A DNA stretch of 64,000 nt from Tubulanus polymorphus (lineage: Eukaryota > Animalia > Nemertea): assembly GCF_964204645.1 (NCBI RefSeq), contig NC_134028.1, positions 17,925,653 to 17,989,652 of the forward strand, in the 5' to 3' direction. The translations under genes were made by a program, and so were the position numbers. How positions within the stretch are numbered: position 1 is the stretch's first letter; each line of letters opens with the position of its first letter. Of the stretch, positions 44,761 to 59,887 are shown piece after piece. The notes beneath the pieces are model-generated. The model saw only the letters and a list, made by a program, of their open reading frames with translations. It had not been told where the DNA came from and ran no database searches.

Positions 44761-47700
44761 TTTAATTTCACTCAATGTACCTTAGATCGGATAATATATC
44801 CTCTTTACAAATCCAACCCCAGATACACACAGCCGTTAGGGTTTTTTCTTAATTCCTCATTTGCCATTATATGTTAGTTATGTATAGACGATCAAATTAT
44901 TGCGGAGAGGCGAAAACTATAAACTACTCCCTGTCGTCATGTTAAAAAATCAAGATCTAGTGAAGTACAGATTTTGATTTTCAACACAGATTTTATTTCG
45001 GGGACGAAAACATTTCAAATGGCTTTTATGTCCGACATTGCCATCCGTCATTGGGTTCGAATTCCATTGATGGGCAATGAGGATTACCTTCGACTGTGGC
45101 AATCGGGGGTTCCACTTGTGGCAAGCACGGTCCCACCAGGTTCGCTAGTGTGAATTCAGACAACAACTCCCGAATTTCTTCTCATATTCAATTAAAATCC
45201 ATTATTTCTCATATTCTTTTAATGGTGATTAGTAAAATTCTCCCTACATATGAACATAGAGATCATCTGAGTTTATTAAGAGGAATGATTTGAAAATCTA
45301 GTTAATTAAAAATGAACTAAATTTTGACATGGCTCTCGCACTGATACGCATGCCATCTAGTTGGATAGCTGGTGGCAAGGAGACTTGTTGATTGATTTTC
45401 AGTTCAGTCACTAGATTGCATGCAGAGAAATCAATTTTAACAATTATCCAATTTGACTATAAAATTTTATTTTTTATGCAGCTATTGTTTATGTCTTTAA
45501 GTAATATGATTTTTCCTCTCAAGTAAACAAGTTCCTTTCATTCCATGTTAGATCACATGGATTCATCATCGTTATCGTTTACGTCTAGCGAAAGATATGA
45601 TCTGCGCGTGCGGCCGGTCTCTTCTGAGAAATAAATTCTCTACTTTTCGACGTAATAACCTTGACTGGTTCCCGCGTGATCCGGCAGCCAACTTCAACAC
45701 TTTGTTTACCGATATCTCGGAATTTCAAGCGATTTTTGAGCCAGCTTGCTCTTCTAAATATATTGATGAAAAAACATCCAAGTTTATTGGCTTCAATATC
45801 TGATATCAAAACACCCCGGTTGATGGTACCCCAGAAGAGAGCAGACAATCCGCTACCCCTATTTCATAGAAACCCAAGGCGCTGTTTGAAATCGGTTCGC
45901 ACAAACCGTTTCGATTTGTAGGATTCGTTTTTATTCATACCGGTTTACCAACCCGTTTTCACAAACCGGCGTTTTTGTTCTTTATAGTGAACCACGGATA
46001 CGTCGTTGGATTTAGCGTAGATTCGCTATTATCGTATCATTTCTTTAGTCCCGATATTTCCCTTCAATTAAGCCTTTAAAAACAACGACAAAAACGTATT
46101 TTTGATAACTTAGATCACCTCTATCGTACAAATAATTTGGTCCCAATAAGCCAAATCAACTTTATTTTCCTCAAATACAATGTATCGGGAAAACGACCGC
46201 CCCATGAAGGAGCTAAGATCTTTATTACGTTTTAATAATTCTTCTCTGCTGCCACTTATCAGGAATATTTAAAACCACTTGGTGAGACAAACAGTATCAT
46301 GAATAAAAATAGAAATAAAAAAAGTTATTCGTTTCCACTTGATGAAATAATGTATGCCCAATCAAATAACTGATGAAAAATTTCATGATTGTATTCTATA
46401 ATTCTAATTATATTCTATGTTAGAAAAGATAATACTTATATAATTCATGTATTAAATATTGCTAAACTTCATAAAGCATTCTTTACCACATGGATATTCC
46501 TTTGTAAAAACAGACATTACAGGATTTACATCTGATATAACCTTAAATTGGTTAATTTTCTTTAGTTGAAGAATGTATCGCACAGTCCATTGGGTTGGGA
46601 TGTATTTCTGTGTAAAATCTGAGCTCTGGAGGCTCTTGCGATGTGTATTACGTGTAACATTGGACGCGTTTTGTAGGTGGAGATCTGTGTCATCCCCTTG
46701 TCTTACAAACACTGACACTACGATCTCTGCCCAGTGCGTATGCTCTATGGCGGCATTTGATACAACAGTGAAATAATAGCACTGAACCTTTGAGATCATC
46801 CGTTGGTGGTTTTTAGGCGCTGGTGGGTTGGGCGTGTTTTTTCTATTGATGAAATTGAACCGAACCCTCTGATTACCGTCTTTGAGAAGTTCTCCGGAGT
46901 AAGAGATATCCTTGGATAATGATCGATGGGGTTTCATCCATCGACGTTTAAGCTGACACACGCATTACTCGAGTCATGGCTTTTTCAGAGGGGGCCATTT
47001 TAAATGCGAGACAGTTCCGGATCAGTCTTTGGTAGTGTACGTATGAAGCAGTCGAGTGTTAGTGACAACGGCTAAGAGATATGTCAGAAGGTAGAGAGAT
47101 GATACAAGGGTTGATGATACAACGGCACCTTGCCGTTGAAAAAAAATCCCAACCAACTACATGTACATTCCAAAAGGGTATTGGCTCGGTGATCTCAGAT
47201 CCCGACTTTGTGTGTTGTTCCCCCATCCACCATAATACTGCGGAGCTGAGAACACTGTTTAAGGACAGCTTCTCATTGCTTTGCCATGTAAAAAGATTTT
47301 GCGCATTGTCAGAAATGTCAGATTAAGCGCACCGCGTGGTCAAAACTGGAACTAGTAGTTGCAGGACACATCAAAATCAATATTTTTGGTGAAATACCGG
47401 GGCCATGTTCTTAATGTACCACCATAACTCATTACTATTACTAAGGTTCTGCTGAAGAAACATTTGTGGCAATATAATTTGATGGTATTTGGCTGCACTT
47501 TTTCTACATCGTGAAGCCAACTTCATCGTACACGAATCTCACATCTGACCATGGTTATTATTATCCAATGTATCGAGCTGAGCTCTGGAGCACCATCCAA
47601 TTCCGACGCCGACGGTGGACCCAGGATTTCAGGGAGGGGTGCACAAATTAGGAAAGGGGTCTGGGGCCCTCTAGAAAATGGCAAGGACTTTAAGGAGGGT

Positions 47701-49298
47701 GCACGTGCCCCCTGTGGACGAACGGAAAAGTCCCAGGTGGGCTAAAAATGAAACGATAGGATTCTCTGGATAAAAGTTGGGAAAAACCTCAAAATTAGGG
47801 AAGTTGAAAATAAAAGCCTATTTAGGACCAGATCAGTAATAAAAGCACCCTGCATATCTTAGTAGTGGATCACCGTGATCAGGAATAAGCAAGAGTCAAT
47901 AACCTTTGCGTCCCTAACTGTAACAAATCAAATCATATATGGCTAAGGTAAGATATTTTATTCAGTCTTAAAATATTGAATAAATAAATAAATAAATACA
48001 TATATATATATACATACATATACATTAAAAACAGGCCAATAAGGTCCTGACAACACATTACAAAGCATAATCATAAGTTCATAATAAATTTATATGATTC
48101 TGTAAAATGGTTCTGAAACTTAGATCATAGCACTTTTTAAAGGTATAAAATATTTTGAATACCATTTGTTTAACAAGAAAACTAACATGAAAGTTTATTG
48201 ATACCTTGAAAAATAAAATAATGATATATGTTTAATTACAAAATTCATTGTGTAAGTTATTTAGAAGTAGCAATTTATTGTCGACGTGCACTCATTATTA
48301 TGGTAACGGTTTTTAAGGAGTCAATAATGAAAATGTATTAACAATGATTTCAAATGTATGCACCGAAGATATTAAAATCACCGTACCGTATTGCACTAAA
48401 GCACATTTTTTTTCTATTAGAGTTTATACAAGGATTTATCTATTCAAACATCATGTTGTCAATTCATCTGCACAAGTGTTAGAGATTTGTAAATCAGTAG
48501 ACTCAAATTAAGTTATTTGATAACAAAACGATGTCTACACCATGGAAAATTTAAAAAGGTTTCAAGCATGAGTTTCTTGATTCCGTAAAACCGTTACAAT
48601 GATGTTTTTATACATTGCAAACTACTATGTTTTTATACACTGATAAATACTATGTTTTATTCAACTATTAAGTTAGCTTCCTTATTGATTTATGTGGTCG
48701 GCAATTTGATTTTGGCTAGCCGATTCCTTATATCCATTAACATGACATAAGTATGTAGGGCTAAAACAGCTATTTACTGGCTTATCCGTTAGTGTTGATA
48801 TATGTAGGATAAAATTCAAATAGAATTTTATCAATTGTACAAGTGATGGATGTTACATTGAATTATATAGCATACTCCCGAGGCTTGCCTGTAATTGGTA
48901 ACCTAGCGGATTGTCATGACCCGTTGCAGAGATTCAAGTCACATGGCTGAGCTACATCCACCTTGAAGATCAGGGATAGCTGATTTGTCAAAATGATCTT
49001 ATTCATCACACATGCTATATACACAAGAAAATCTTGAGATCACAAAAAATGCGCCTCAAAATTAGATAAGATATTGGAATTTAATGAAATTCTAATTATG
49101 TGCTCAAAACATTTTTGAAAGGCAGATTTTTGAGGGTTAGAAATTTTGAGGGTCTTCCAGAAGAACCTTTTAACTGCTCCTGCAAAGGGTAAGAAAAGTT
49201 TGAAACACAACCTTGGTATGAATGGTATTCAACAAATGTCATTGAACGAGTCTATCAACAAGCAAAGAAGTTGAAAGTTTAATGGTCGAGTTATCCGA

Positions 49299-49439
49299 TT
49301 AATTCAAAGAAGTGACTATCCTATATTCTGTTTCATCGTAGTCACCAGCTGGAGGTGGGAATGACTGCACCACAGCTACTGGAGCAGAATCAGGCTCAAA
49401 AGCTGAATTAGTGTAGCCCACTGTAATTACTTTTTGTTG
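49299..49439 (-). CDS. Candidate terminal exon of an unidentified host membrane-protein gene
   Basis: TTTATTTCAG acceptor, then open frame QQKVITVGYTNSAFEPDSAPVAVVQSFPPPAGDYDETEYRIVTSLN*; upstream exons not identified. Confidence 0.4.
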   Translation of the reverse strand, partial: QQKVITVGYTNSAFEPDSAPVAVVQSFPPPAGDYDETEYRIVTSLN

Positions 49440-52400
49440 CTGAAATAAATTATAATAATAATTATTATTATATTATAATCAATCAATGCTGATGATAGCA
49501 ACATTTGCCTTACAAGTGTTGTGACAAAAAGTTAAAATCAATCAGAAGCTGTTAAGTTCTTCAGTATCTAGGACCGTACAAAACTAAAACCAGTCCGGTT
49601 ACTTTCCAAGATTTATTCGTGGCAGTGGCGGATCCACACTGTGCACCCCCTTTTTCAGCTGACCAAATATTTCAAAAACATAGTCAAAATCAATTTCACA
49701 TAAAGATACATGCTCCACTATATGACAATAAATTTGTCGGTACAATATTTTGATTTTTCAAGTGGTCTGAATGCACCAGGAAGCATCTGTTAAATCAAAT
49801 GTTTCTGCCAGAGACCCCAGTATGCACCATCCTGCACCCCCAACCGCACCATCATAGTTCTTAATTGGTCCATATTGCGGACTCCTTTCTATAATTCTTG
49901 GATCCACCCTTGCATGAGGCTGTATTGGTGTTGAAAGTTTCCCATCAGTATATTTTTCGTCAAAGTAAAGTTAATACAGTCTACCAAGTCCGCTCTGAGC
50001 AAGTGACTTACATAGATCATCGGAGAGAAGTTTAAACAAGAGCCCCAAGGGGCACTATGGTCAGCCTATAGCTTTTCATAAAATGGCAAATGATGCATTC
50101 TTTGAATATATGCTCAGTTGGACAGTCAAAGGGCCTTAGCTCTGGAAATCATGTCATTTAAATTCGCTCCATTTGTATAGTAATAGGCTCAGCCTACGGC
50201 TGACCTAAAATGTGTACAGGCGTGCAGTAAAAAGAGGTCCACTCCCTGGCAAGAGCCGTTGACTACTGCATAACATACTAGTTAATAGTGAACACACATT
50301 TATGAAGCAACATTGCTGATGTGAATGTTTCAATGTGCAGCAATCTCATCGCTACAGTGCAGTTAAAGCTAAACCACTGTCGATGATCCTCATTGATGAC
50401 AGGGTCTAACATGGTTTCAGTGCCTTAATTTAAGTACATCCTATCGGCCACTGGATGCCTGTAACCATACCATATAATGTGATCAAAAAGTTATCAATTA
50501 TTCATTATGTTGTATGCTGTTATATGAAAATGAATATTATCATCATCATAGAACGAGAGCTCCAAAAATCGAAGTGATAAAATTTTTTTGTGTTATCAAG
50601 TCAAATCGAATAGCTTAAAAGCTGTGATCACTGCATTGAAATTTTCATGTTTCCACTTTTGGTGAAATCCCATCAAATTTTGCAATTTTATTCACATGCA
50701 TATCGGAAATCAGGTTGACAACAATAATATGGACTTAGCTAATGCGATAGGCCATAAAAATATGGATCATGTAAAAATATGAGTATGGAATGAATGATGA
50801 CACCTGCAGAATAAGATTCCCACACTCTCCCCAATGGATTGGCAATAAGCTATTAGCAGTTCCAATTATATTGGTAATGGGTAACCATACCAATGTGACC
50901 GCTTTTAATGTGATGTACTAAAGCTATTCATCAATCTCACATCTCATGTGAATGAATAGTAGACACTGAGTAAAGGAACATTACCTGTAACTAAATTATA
51001 TGTGCATTAGTGATGAGCATTATATAATTCCCAAGCAATGACTTCATTTAAGAGCGATTAATAACATGTTGTCACTCAACACAGATACCTAAATTAGTCA
51101 CAAGGGCTTCACTCAAACTCATCTAATGAAAGTTTTATAACTCTATTTCTCCGGAGTTATGCCACTAAAATATCTGAACCTGGCTTCACTATACTTGTGC
51201 ATTAGTTATAATTGTATCTTGTGTTAGTAGATGAGTGCCCGTGAAATAACATAACACACATATCACAATTTCTAAAAGAGAAAGAATCACTCAACAATGC
51301 AGGACAAAAGTGCCATAACAAAATGGTGGACAGCAACTGTAAAATGGTTTATCATTTCCCTAGTTATGAGGCACAATAATGTTTCTGTCTCAACGAAACT
51401 ACCAGGATCGATTTGAAGAGAAATAATGAGTAGTTAAAACACCTACTTACACTTCATTTATTATTTACGAATAGTCTACAATTATATTGAATTTTTGTCG
51501 AATCAGGAATAAAATATTTCAATACTCTATGAAATTAAATGCATCGGATTAAACTACAGATATCAGGCAAAACAAATCAATAATTCAAAAGACAGATGCA
51601 ATTACACTGAAAATACACATAAGTAGGTGTAATACGGTTTCCAATCAGGCATAAGTCTTTGTCTCTATCAGTGTAATTACTTTTAAAGGATTAAATCATT
51701 ACTCCAAAAATAGTCTACTACTGCTATGATGCAAGTAAAAGCATTTAAAACACTTGAAGACTTAAATATACACCACCTATATCATTAATTGCAGTATCAA
51801 TCTTTAGACTGTAGTTAACCAATGTTTGTGATTCATGATTTTGTTCACACTTATCACTATTTCTGCAAGAACTTTTTAACAGATATCTCATTATCATACT
51901 TGAAAGCATGGCCCCCAATAAACCCCTGAAAATGGGCAAATGTCTTTCATGTTCCCCATGATACTTTGGTTTGAATGCCGTACTTGGATGTGTACAAATA
52001 TTGGTCAAAACCAGTTCTCAGTTCATAGAATATGACCTGGCTGTAGGAGTGCTAACTAGGGGCCAACACATACACTTGATACGTAGATCAATATGGGCTA
52101 CCAACTACAAACTACTGATATAGGTAGTTTTTGCAATATAATTTTGAGGAAAATGAAGATACAATTCTTTCACAGTACAATCCCCTGGTGCCAGTTTTAT
52201 GAACTGATAATGCAAGCTAATGAATTTTTTAGCCTAAAACAACTCTTAGGCGACAAACAAATCGGTCAATACTGATTATGATAAAGGACCAATGCTCCAG
52301 TGGCTCGCCAAACTGGTGTGAATTAAAAAATCTGTCATGTTTAGGCTACCGGTATGCAAAAATTCACTTTATTGAAAATTAAACAAGAACAAATATATCA

Positions 52401-54208
52401 AAAAGGAAGGTGTGAACTTTTAACGATCATTTGACGAGAATGACATGAGAATAAAATCTTTGAAAAATCGATTATGAAATTTTTGTCTAGACTAATGTTC
52501 ATAATTTTAATACATTCCGAGAGTGACGTAAAACAACTAAAACTATGAGTGACCTGTTAAGATACGGTACAAACTTGGTGAGAGCCTGGGTTTCATCGGA
52601 GAATTTTTATTTTCATACGGACCAATCGGGACAGAAGCTCCCAAGTTCCTCAAATTTGAGGCCAGTGCTGGTGCTGGTTAAGTTTATCGACTGACATGGT
52701 TTTTAATAATTTCACGATAGGATTGCTTTAACTAGGCATGCAAGCTTACATTTTCACTCAGACAAATCATTGTTACCCGTGATATACACCATAGCGCACA
52801 TTATCTATAACTGATACATACATACACACAGTGAACACGAGAGTATAAGGCGATATTGCCTACGCGACTGTACACGATTGTTTTCAACATGAACGCTCAT
52901 CACTGTGCTGCAGATTACAAACTAATACAAATAATCAGGCTCCAAAACGGATCCTAATGCGAACGTCAATAAAATGACTTCAATAAATGTTGATAAAATA
53001 AGTATTCCAGACGTGTGTATATCAGACTCATCTCTAAAAATTCAATGCTATCATCGATGAATCAGTCGTGTGGCAAACACAGATTTTGAAACCAAATTTT
53101 CGTCAGATATCTTGATGCAACATTACCTTATGGGATATCAAAACTAGATGAAGCATTGAACTCATCGCACACAATAAATCGTTATATCATATGCCTTGAG
53201 TATCAGTATTTCGCGCTAGAAATGATGAATATCAACCTTTTCAATTGTACCGCCATTTTGGTTAGTAAAATAACGCGCACCTGCTCGTCCACCTCATTCA
53301 ATGTTATGACATCATGATGCAGGTCAAAACGGTCAACACTGATCTAATATAACCAAGATTTTGAGAGGCCCATAAGTACCAAACAAAGCATCAGATCTTA
53401 GAGAGATAAAGTTCTTCCGACGCAAATAGCATTGAATTTTCACATGTGTAATTTTGGACAGTTAAAGATGCTGCATAAAAAACGTGCTCAAATAAATCAA
53501 ATCTTTTACACTTTTTGGTAAATTTCTCAAAAAGTATGAAACCTACGGCTTTCAACTTTGCGCACCATAAAGAATAACAAATGACGAAATATATTTTTGC
53601 TTAATCTGTTCAATTCGACCATTAGTAGTGAAATTACAGGCTACTGAAATTGCGTTTGAGTGTGCTAAAAATTGAGCGCAGCTATTAAGCATACGAATGA
53701 TTATTGATCGGCCAGGCTATTGACAATTAAAAGAATTAATAAATGTTAGAAATAGATAAATATCAAAGTCACAAGGTATAAGGGCAAGAATATCATCAAC
53801 GTATAGTAACCAAAGTGTTGCGGCCAAATGCTTCCCGCACTAGACTTCAAGATCTTGGTCGGTTTTCGTTAGAAAATAGTACGTCAAAACATTGTATACA
53901 TGGCATTGTTTTATTAGTTTCTTGTGTCGATGTTCCCTGTGCAGCTCTGTAATATTTTATAGTTGGAATAGAGGTCGAATGGTTTGGTAAGTGTCTCTTC
54001 CCTTTTATTATTGTAGAAACTACAACTGTTTGGTTTATTTAGCACGGTTGAATTAGTCTGTTTACATGTACTTAGTATCCTTAATTTTGTATTTTTTAGT
54101 AAATCGTTACTCAAGTGAATTCACTGGACGTAGCTTTAGAGATTAGTAAAATAAACGCATTTATGATAGACCCGAAACTATTCTTTGTATTCGCCGATAT
54201 AACATGGC

Positions 54209-54960
54209 TCACACACAAAGTTTAGGGGGAGTATCCGTGTAAATAGGTAGTAATTCAGTTTCAACGTGTTCGAGGAATAGGTTCGCTAGAATGGGACTAA
54301 GCAGGTTTCCATAGCCATGCCAGTTTGAAATATGAATTATTAAAACTGAAAATTTCTGGGTGGAAATTTCAATTAATTCAATAATACAATCATTAGGAAT
54401 GTCAAATTCAAAATCCAATGATGGAAGTTTACGTTTAAGAAAATGCAGGTTAGGCTAAGAGGAACATTAGTAAAAAGGTACCTTCTGATGTTCCTCTTAC
54501 GCCCTAATACCGTGTGACTTTGATATCGATCTATATCTTACATTTATTAATTCTTTTCATCCATTGGAATCCTTTCATTGGAAGTTGATGGGAAAATAAC
54601 CTTTCTAGATGTTTGTACTCACAATTGTTTGTCTTGTTTGAAATTCTCAGTTTATAGGAAACCTACCCACTCTGGATCATACCTGCATTATTTTTCCTTC
54701 ACTGCCTATAAACTTAGTGTTGCCCAAGGCTTATTTTTTCGTTCTTTTCGGATTTGTTACCCCCTTTTCTTGGATGATGAACTAACCCAGATCAAGACTT
54801 CTCTCAATAAATTAGCATAACCCGATGGCATTTTGAATAAAGCTCTCTTGAGAGCCCGTCGTTCCCATTTTTGTAATTCTCAAGGGACCCGCACGCGTAT
54901 ACAGCCTATTGTTGTACCTTTCGTTCCTTTTCTGGAAAAATCTGAAACCCCCTGCATCTC
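54209..54960. mobile_element. Penelope-like retroelement RT fragments in opposite orientations
   Basis: Minus strand GNLLSPILANLFLEHVE; plus strand ITFLDV..FSVYRKPTHSGSYLHYFS..RSFRIC..DDELTQIK. Confidence 0.8.
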
Positions 54961-57433
54961 TTAAACAAACAACTCAATTTTACTTATAAAATAAAGTTTC
55001 TCGTTTTGGCTATATTTATTGTGGGATTTCTCGCATTTATTCAATTTAAGTATCATTAGCATTGATGGACATTATTAGTAAATTTTATAAACGTAGCTTG
55101 TAACTGCTTCAAAAACGCAATTAAAAACATCTCTCACCTTTAAGGAATCGATTTGAAGGGGATCGTCCAAAAGTGGATTTTTCCTGCAATGGAAAACAAT
55201 TTATTCATAATTCATCACAAATATTTACATACTTCCAAAACATGGCCAAAAAGGATCTGTTGGCAGCCCTTAAATTTTGAAAAATATTTGAGGAAAATTG
55301 CGACCTCTAGGCTGTTAACAACATTTTTCCTGCGGCCCCTGGAGGCGGATATATGAATCAAATTAAACCCATTAAACCCATCAATAGGGTTCTGCATGAA
55401 GTGATGCCCTACATGTGTACGAAGTTTAAAAGAATTGTTAACAGTTGCAGTAGGCTGTTTTCCTCTGGTGACCATAGTTTGAATCACATCAACCTAATTA
55501 TAAATAAGGAATTTGAATCATCAGTAGTTTGAATACAAGTTAGATCTTTGTATTTATGAAATATATGCAACATTGCAGGTCATGTTCCAATCCCATTGAA
55601 ATTTATCTTCCACATCGATAAATGATACAAAAGCGCCAAGGGGCATTACGGCTAGCCTGTCGGCTTTTTACAAGTGGCAAATGATGCAATCTCTGGGTAA
55701 TATTTTTAACACAGTACGATTGTGTTTTCATAAGTAGCACAGATGGGGAATTGACAGGAAAAAATACTTCAGATCAATCAATAAATAGTCTCATTGATTT
55801 GAATGGGGAATAGAATGAAAATTGTTCAATAAAGTAAAATTCGAATTGGATTTGATATCATTTTGCAGAATAGAATTTGATTGAATTTGCAATTTCAGCA
55901 CATGGCTAATAAAGTGTTGCCAGACTTCCGGAAATCAAAAAATTTAAAAAAAAATTTTCTGCCATTCAACTTTATCTAAGCAATGTTTCCTAAAGTTGTT
56001 TTTGTTTTCATTTATGAGCAATAGTTTACTCGGCATACACTCGCATAATTCTACAAAAACTGCCAGCGTATGTTCAGAGACCTAGCTATGACGTAATCAT
56101 CTGTTCATAAGCATAACAAGAGGTCCATGGACCCGAGACTTCGTCGAGATAATCGGAAGTTCCAGTTTGGGAAAAGGGATGTCACACCTCCCCCGGCAGG
56201 CTGGGTCAATGTAGCTAACGTATCAATTACAATTATAATAAATAACATTTCACCACTTGTGGTGAAATGTAATTTAGAATTCAATACGGTCTTACAGAGC
56301 ATATGCCATCAAAATAGAATATTGTGTATAATTCAAATTCATCACATTCAAAATGTGATGTATTCATAAATATCAAATATGGAACTGGTTTGAATTTTAG
56401 TTCAGCCATTACTGAGAAAGATGACTTTTGAATCGGCAATTTCAGCACGTGCTCACTTTTATTGTTTATCTTAGCAGGTGCGTGTTTATGACGTGTTTAT
56501 TGACTCTGACAAACGCTCGCGGCTTCCAGTCATTTCACTAGACATTTCATGCGATATTTTATCTTTATGGGAGTGATTTGAATTAATAAACTCTTACCAT
56601 TGTATAGTGCTGCTACCATTGTATATGACATGATAATCGTATATAAGTGAGTAGCACTGTAGGTCAGTGAATACGGTGAACAAATGATGTTTATCTTATC
56701 GATTATACATAGCCTACGCGTAATAGCGCGCACACGTGCTTGTGTTGATTGTCATAGTTAACATCATGATTAGTGCCACCTGCGGGTTGAATATGAACTA
56801 GACGCACGGAGTGAAGGATAAATAGATGACTATTCCGCTAACTGTTACGGCTAATTCGTGCTACTTTTTTCAATAAATCACATCTCAGGTCGTTATATGT
56901 ATACTAAAGTTTCTTCTGGTTAAGAAATCACACAAGGTACAATTTTGGTGGCATTTGCCCTTTGATTTTGAAAGTTATGCTTGTTTTCTGGACTATTTTT
57001 CTCAATGATCCGCATGAACTGGAAATTTTTCGCTAGTAATTCCTTTGGAGGTTTATGTTTGAAGCTCTATCCAACCATTCCACTTTCAAACTGCACATCA
57101 CTGAATACCTTTTAAAAGCAGATGAATAACAGCTACACAAATAACTCCGGAGAAGGCGAAAAATGGTTGTCCAACTTATTCAAACTTTATTGAAAATTCT
57201 TTCAAAAATATTGCATTATAAAATCTTTCAAAATTAAAAATAAACATTACACAAAGGCCTGATAATAATATATTATCCATCATTACAAACACAGTTATTA
57301 ATGAAACGATATACGTAAAATATGCGAGCAATTTTACTTTACCACCTGATTAAGGATAAAATTAACTAGGGGTCCAGGGACACCATGCCCACTTGGGAAG
57401 TGGTTTCAATTGCTCAACAATCTACCAATTTCA

Positions 57434-58180
57434 ATATTCTACGCCCCTGGTGACCATATACAAAAACCAATGACCTTGAAACCCACCACAATCATAGAAC
57501 ATGTCAGCAGCTATGATTTTGTAATCGATTGTGATAACAAAATATGCCTCGTTACCAATTTAATATGGAAATACTAAGTTATTCTGCTATTCAACGCCCC
57601 CTCGTGACCATATGCAAAACCCAATGACCTTAAAACTCACCACAATTGTAGTACATGTCATATACAACTTTGCAATTGATCATGGTAACAAAATATGCCT
57701 AGGTACCAATCTAATAAGAAATACTAAGCTATTCTACTATTCAACGCCCCTTGGTGACTATATGGAATAACTAATGTCCTTAAAAACTCACCACAATCAT
57801 AGAACATGTCATGAACTACAACTTTGCAATTGATCATGGTAACAAAATATGCCTAGGTACAAATCTAATAAGGAAATACTAAGTTATTCTACTATTCAAC
57901 GCCCCCTGGTGACCATATAGAATAACTAATGTCCTTAAAACTCACCAAAATCATGGAAGATGTCATGAGCTACAACTTTGCAATTGATTGTGGTAACAAA
58001 ATATGCATAGCTACAAATATAATATAGAAATACTAAGTTATTGTATTATTCAACGCCCCCCTGGTGGCCACATACAAAAACCAATGACCTTGAAACTCAC
58101 CAAAATCTTAGAACATGTTATGGGCTACAACTTTCCAATTGAATATGGCAACACAATATGCTTAGGTATCAATTTAATGT
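57434..58180. repeat. Tandem array of five units of about 152 bp, probably internal to a Helentron/HINE-like element
   Basis: TATTCAACGCCCC(C)TGGTGACCATAT recurs at about 57435, 57588, 57738, 57893 and 58047. Confidence 0.85.
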
Positions 58181-59659
58181 GGAAAAACTTTTTCCCACCT
58201 ACGAATGAGTACTGATGACACCAAGATGGCCGCCCATTGCGTCATAATTGGCTGATCAAAAATACCTGTCTCAGGTATAAAACATCCCTTTCCAAAGAAT
58301 ACCCATCACAAATTGCAATGAGAAATGGCAAACCAGTAGGAAGCTACAGGACCTAGAATTCTGGCCAAAATTGACATTTTTGGGCACTAAAAAGGTCATA
58401 GGACGGCCATCTTGAGTCAGATCGACCCAATTTTCTTATGCTGATGGGCCCTTGGTAGATTCAAATATAAACGAAAGATCAAGGTTATTGATCAAAGCGT
58501 CTTCAAAATTTCCCTCGAAAACTTCGAAAAAGTGTAAATAAATTGCCCATGGGCAAAGTGTGGTTTACCTTGAAAGCTAGAGGTTGTTTGGGGTAAGGGC
58601 ATTGCTTGAAAAATCTTTTTAATTCGTGACTTCAAAGTTCTACAAGTTTAAATACTGTATTTTATCTTTCTTAAAGGATTAATTTGTAGTCAAATAAGAC
58701 CAAAGATATACATTTGTTTATGGTCCACATCCAAATTTCGTAGGGTACAGGTAGGCGCGGCATGGAAACTATTTTATATTTTCAAAGAAATATTTTTCAA
58801 AATATGAAAAAATATTCAAATAAAATTCATATGTTGTACATATCAGATGGTGGCTGAATGTATGGTTGCAGAAGCTAAAATACCGGTGCAGTAAGAAATC
58901 GGCGTATTAGATCGTTTTAAATCCTGGAATTTACCACTACAATATTCAGACCTAGACCTATACCTATAGTTTGCTGCTTAGTATTTTCAGGTCACAAGAA
59001 ATTTATTACAAATTCTATCAAACAGAAAACACAGCGCTCATCGTCTGCTGATGAAATGTCAATCGCGCCAGCAAGCAGCGTTACACTATCACTATAGAAG
59101 TGTATACTGTACGCGCGTGTGTTTGTGTGTGCAACAGTCTAATCTAATGATTGCGTAAGTGAATGTTCGCTTACACTTCAATGTCAATCAAATCAATCAC
59201 CGGGTATTAAAATGAAACAATACCTATGGCGGATAATAATTACATTCTCACCAGTAATGAGCATTTGAAATTCGCACGTATCCTAGTCCAATGAAACGTT
59301 CGCATTCTATGGCTTTCCCTTAATTATTTTAGTAGCGCTGGAATTCCCCGTATATCCCAAAAACAGCCAATCACATTCGCTCGTAGAGACAACGCCCCCC
59401 AATCGAGGTAATTGCAATTTTATACGCGAGAGCTAAGAATTTTCCCGCCAAAAACAGTTTTTCGTAGAATTTTAACAATGTTGACCATGTCATCAACGGA
59501 GGTTCGCCATGTCTTCAATCGCATCGATTATACGTCGTTTAAGCCGAGAACCAATGAAAAAAATGCTCACATAAAAAAACGTACCACGATTTTACATGAA
59601 TCTTCATCTTCAACTTCATATCGCTGACAAAGGTAAACCAAAAATGCTTTTGGCGAACA

Positions 59660-59887
59660 ACAATGGCTGCCAGTCGGCCATCTTGAATCTGACAGGGGCA
59701 GTTTTTGGGCTGAAGATGTGTCTTGGGTAGATACATGTATAAACCAAATATCAAAACATTACCTTGAAGCGTCTTCAAAACTTCCCAAAATAACTGGATT
59801 CCTTCTATGGACAGACGAACGGATGGACGACGGACGAAAAGTGAACGCAATAGCCCGCTGGGACTAAAGACCCAAGTGGGCTAAAAA
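59660..59887 (+). mobile_element. Helentron-associated (HINE-like) 3' end
   Basis: GGCCATCTTG motif, then a GACG/GGAC microsatellite and short hairpin TAGCCC..GGGCTA followed by an A run. A similar end lies at 47715-47750. Confidence 0.55.

Noticed and set aside
45550-47380. GC-richer, coding-looking stretches including ORF 46452-46961
   Set aside because: No frame gave a recognisable domain or a consistent splice structure.
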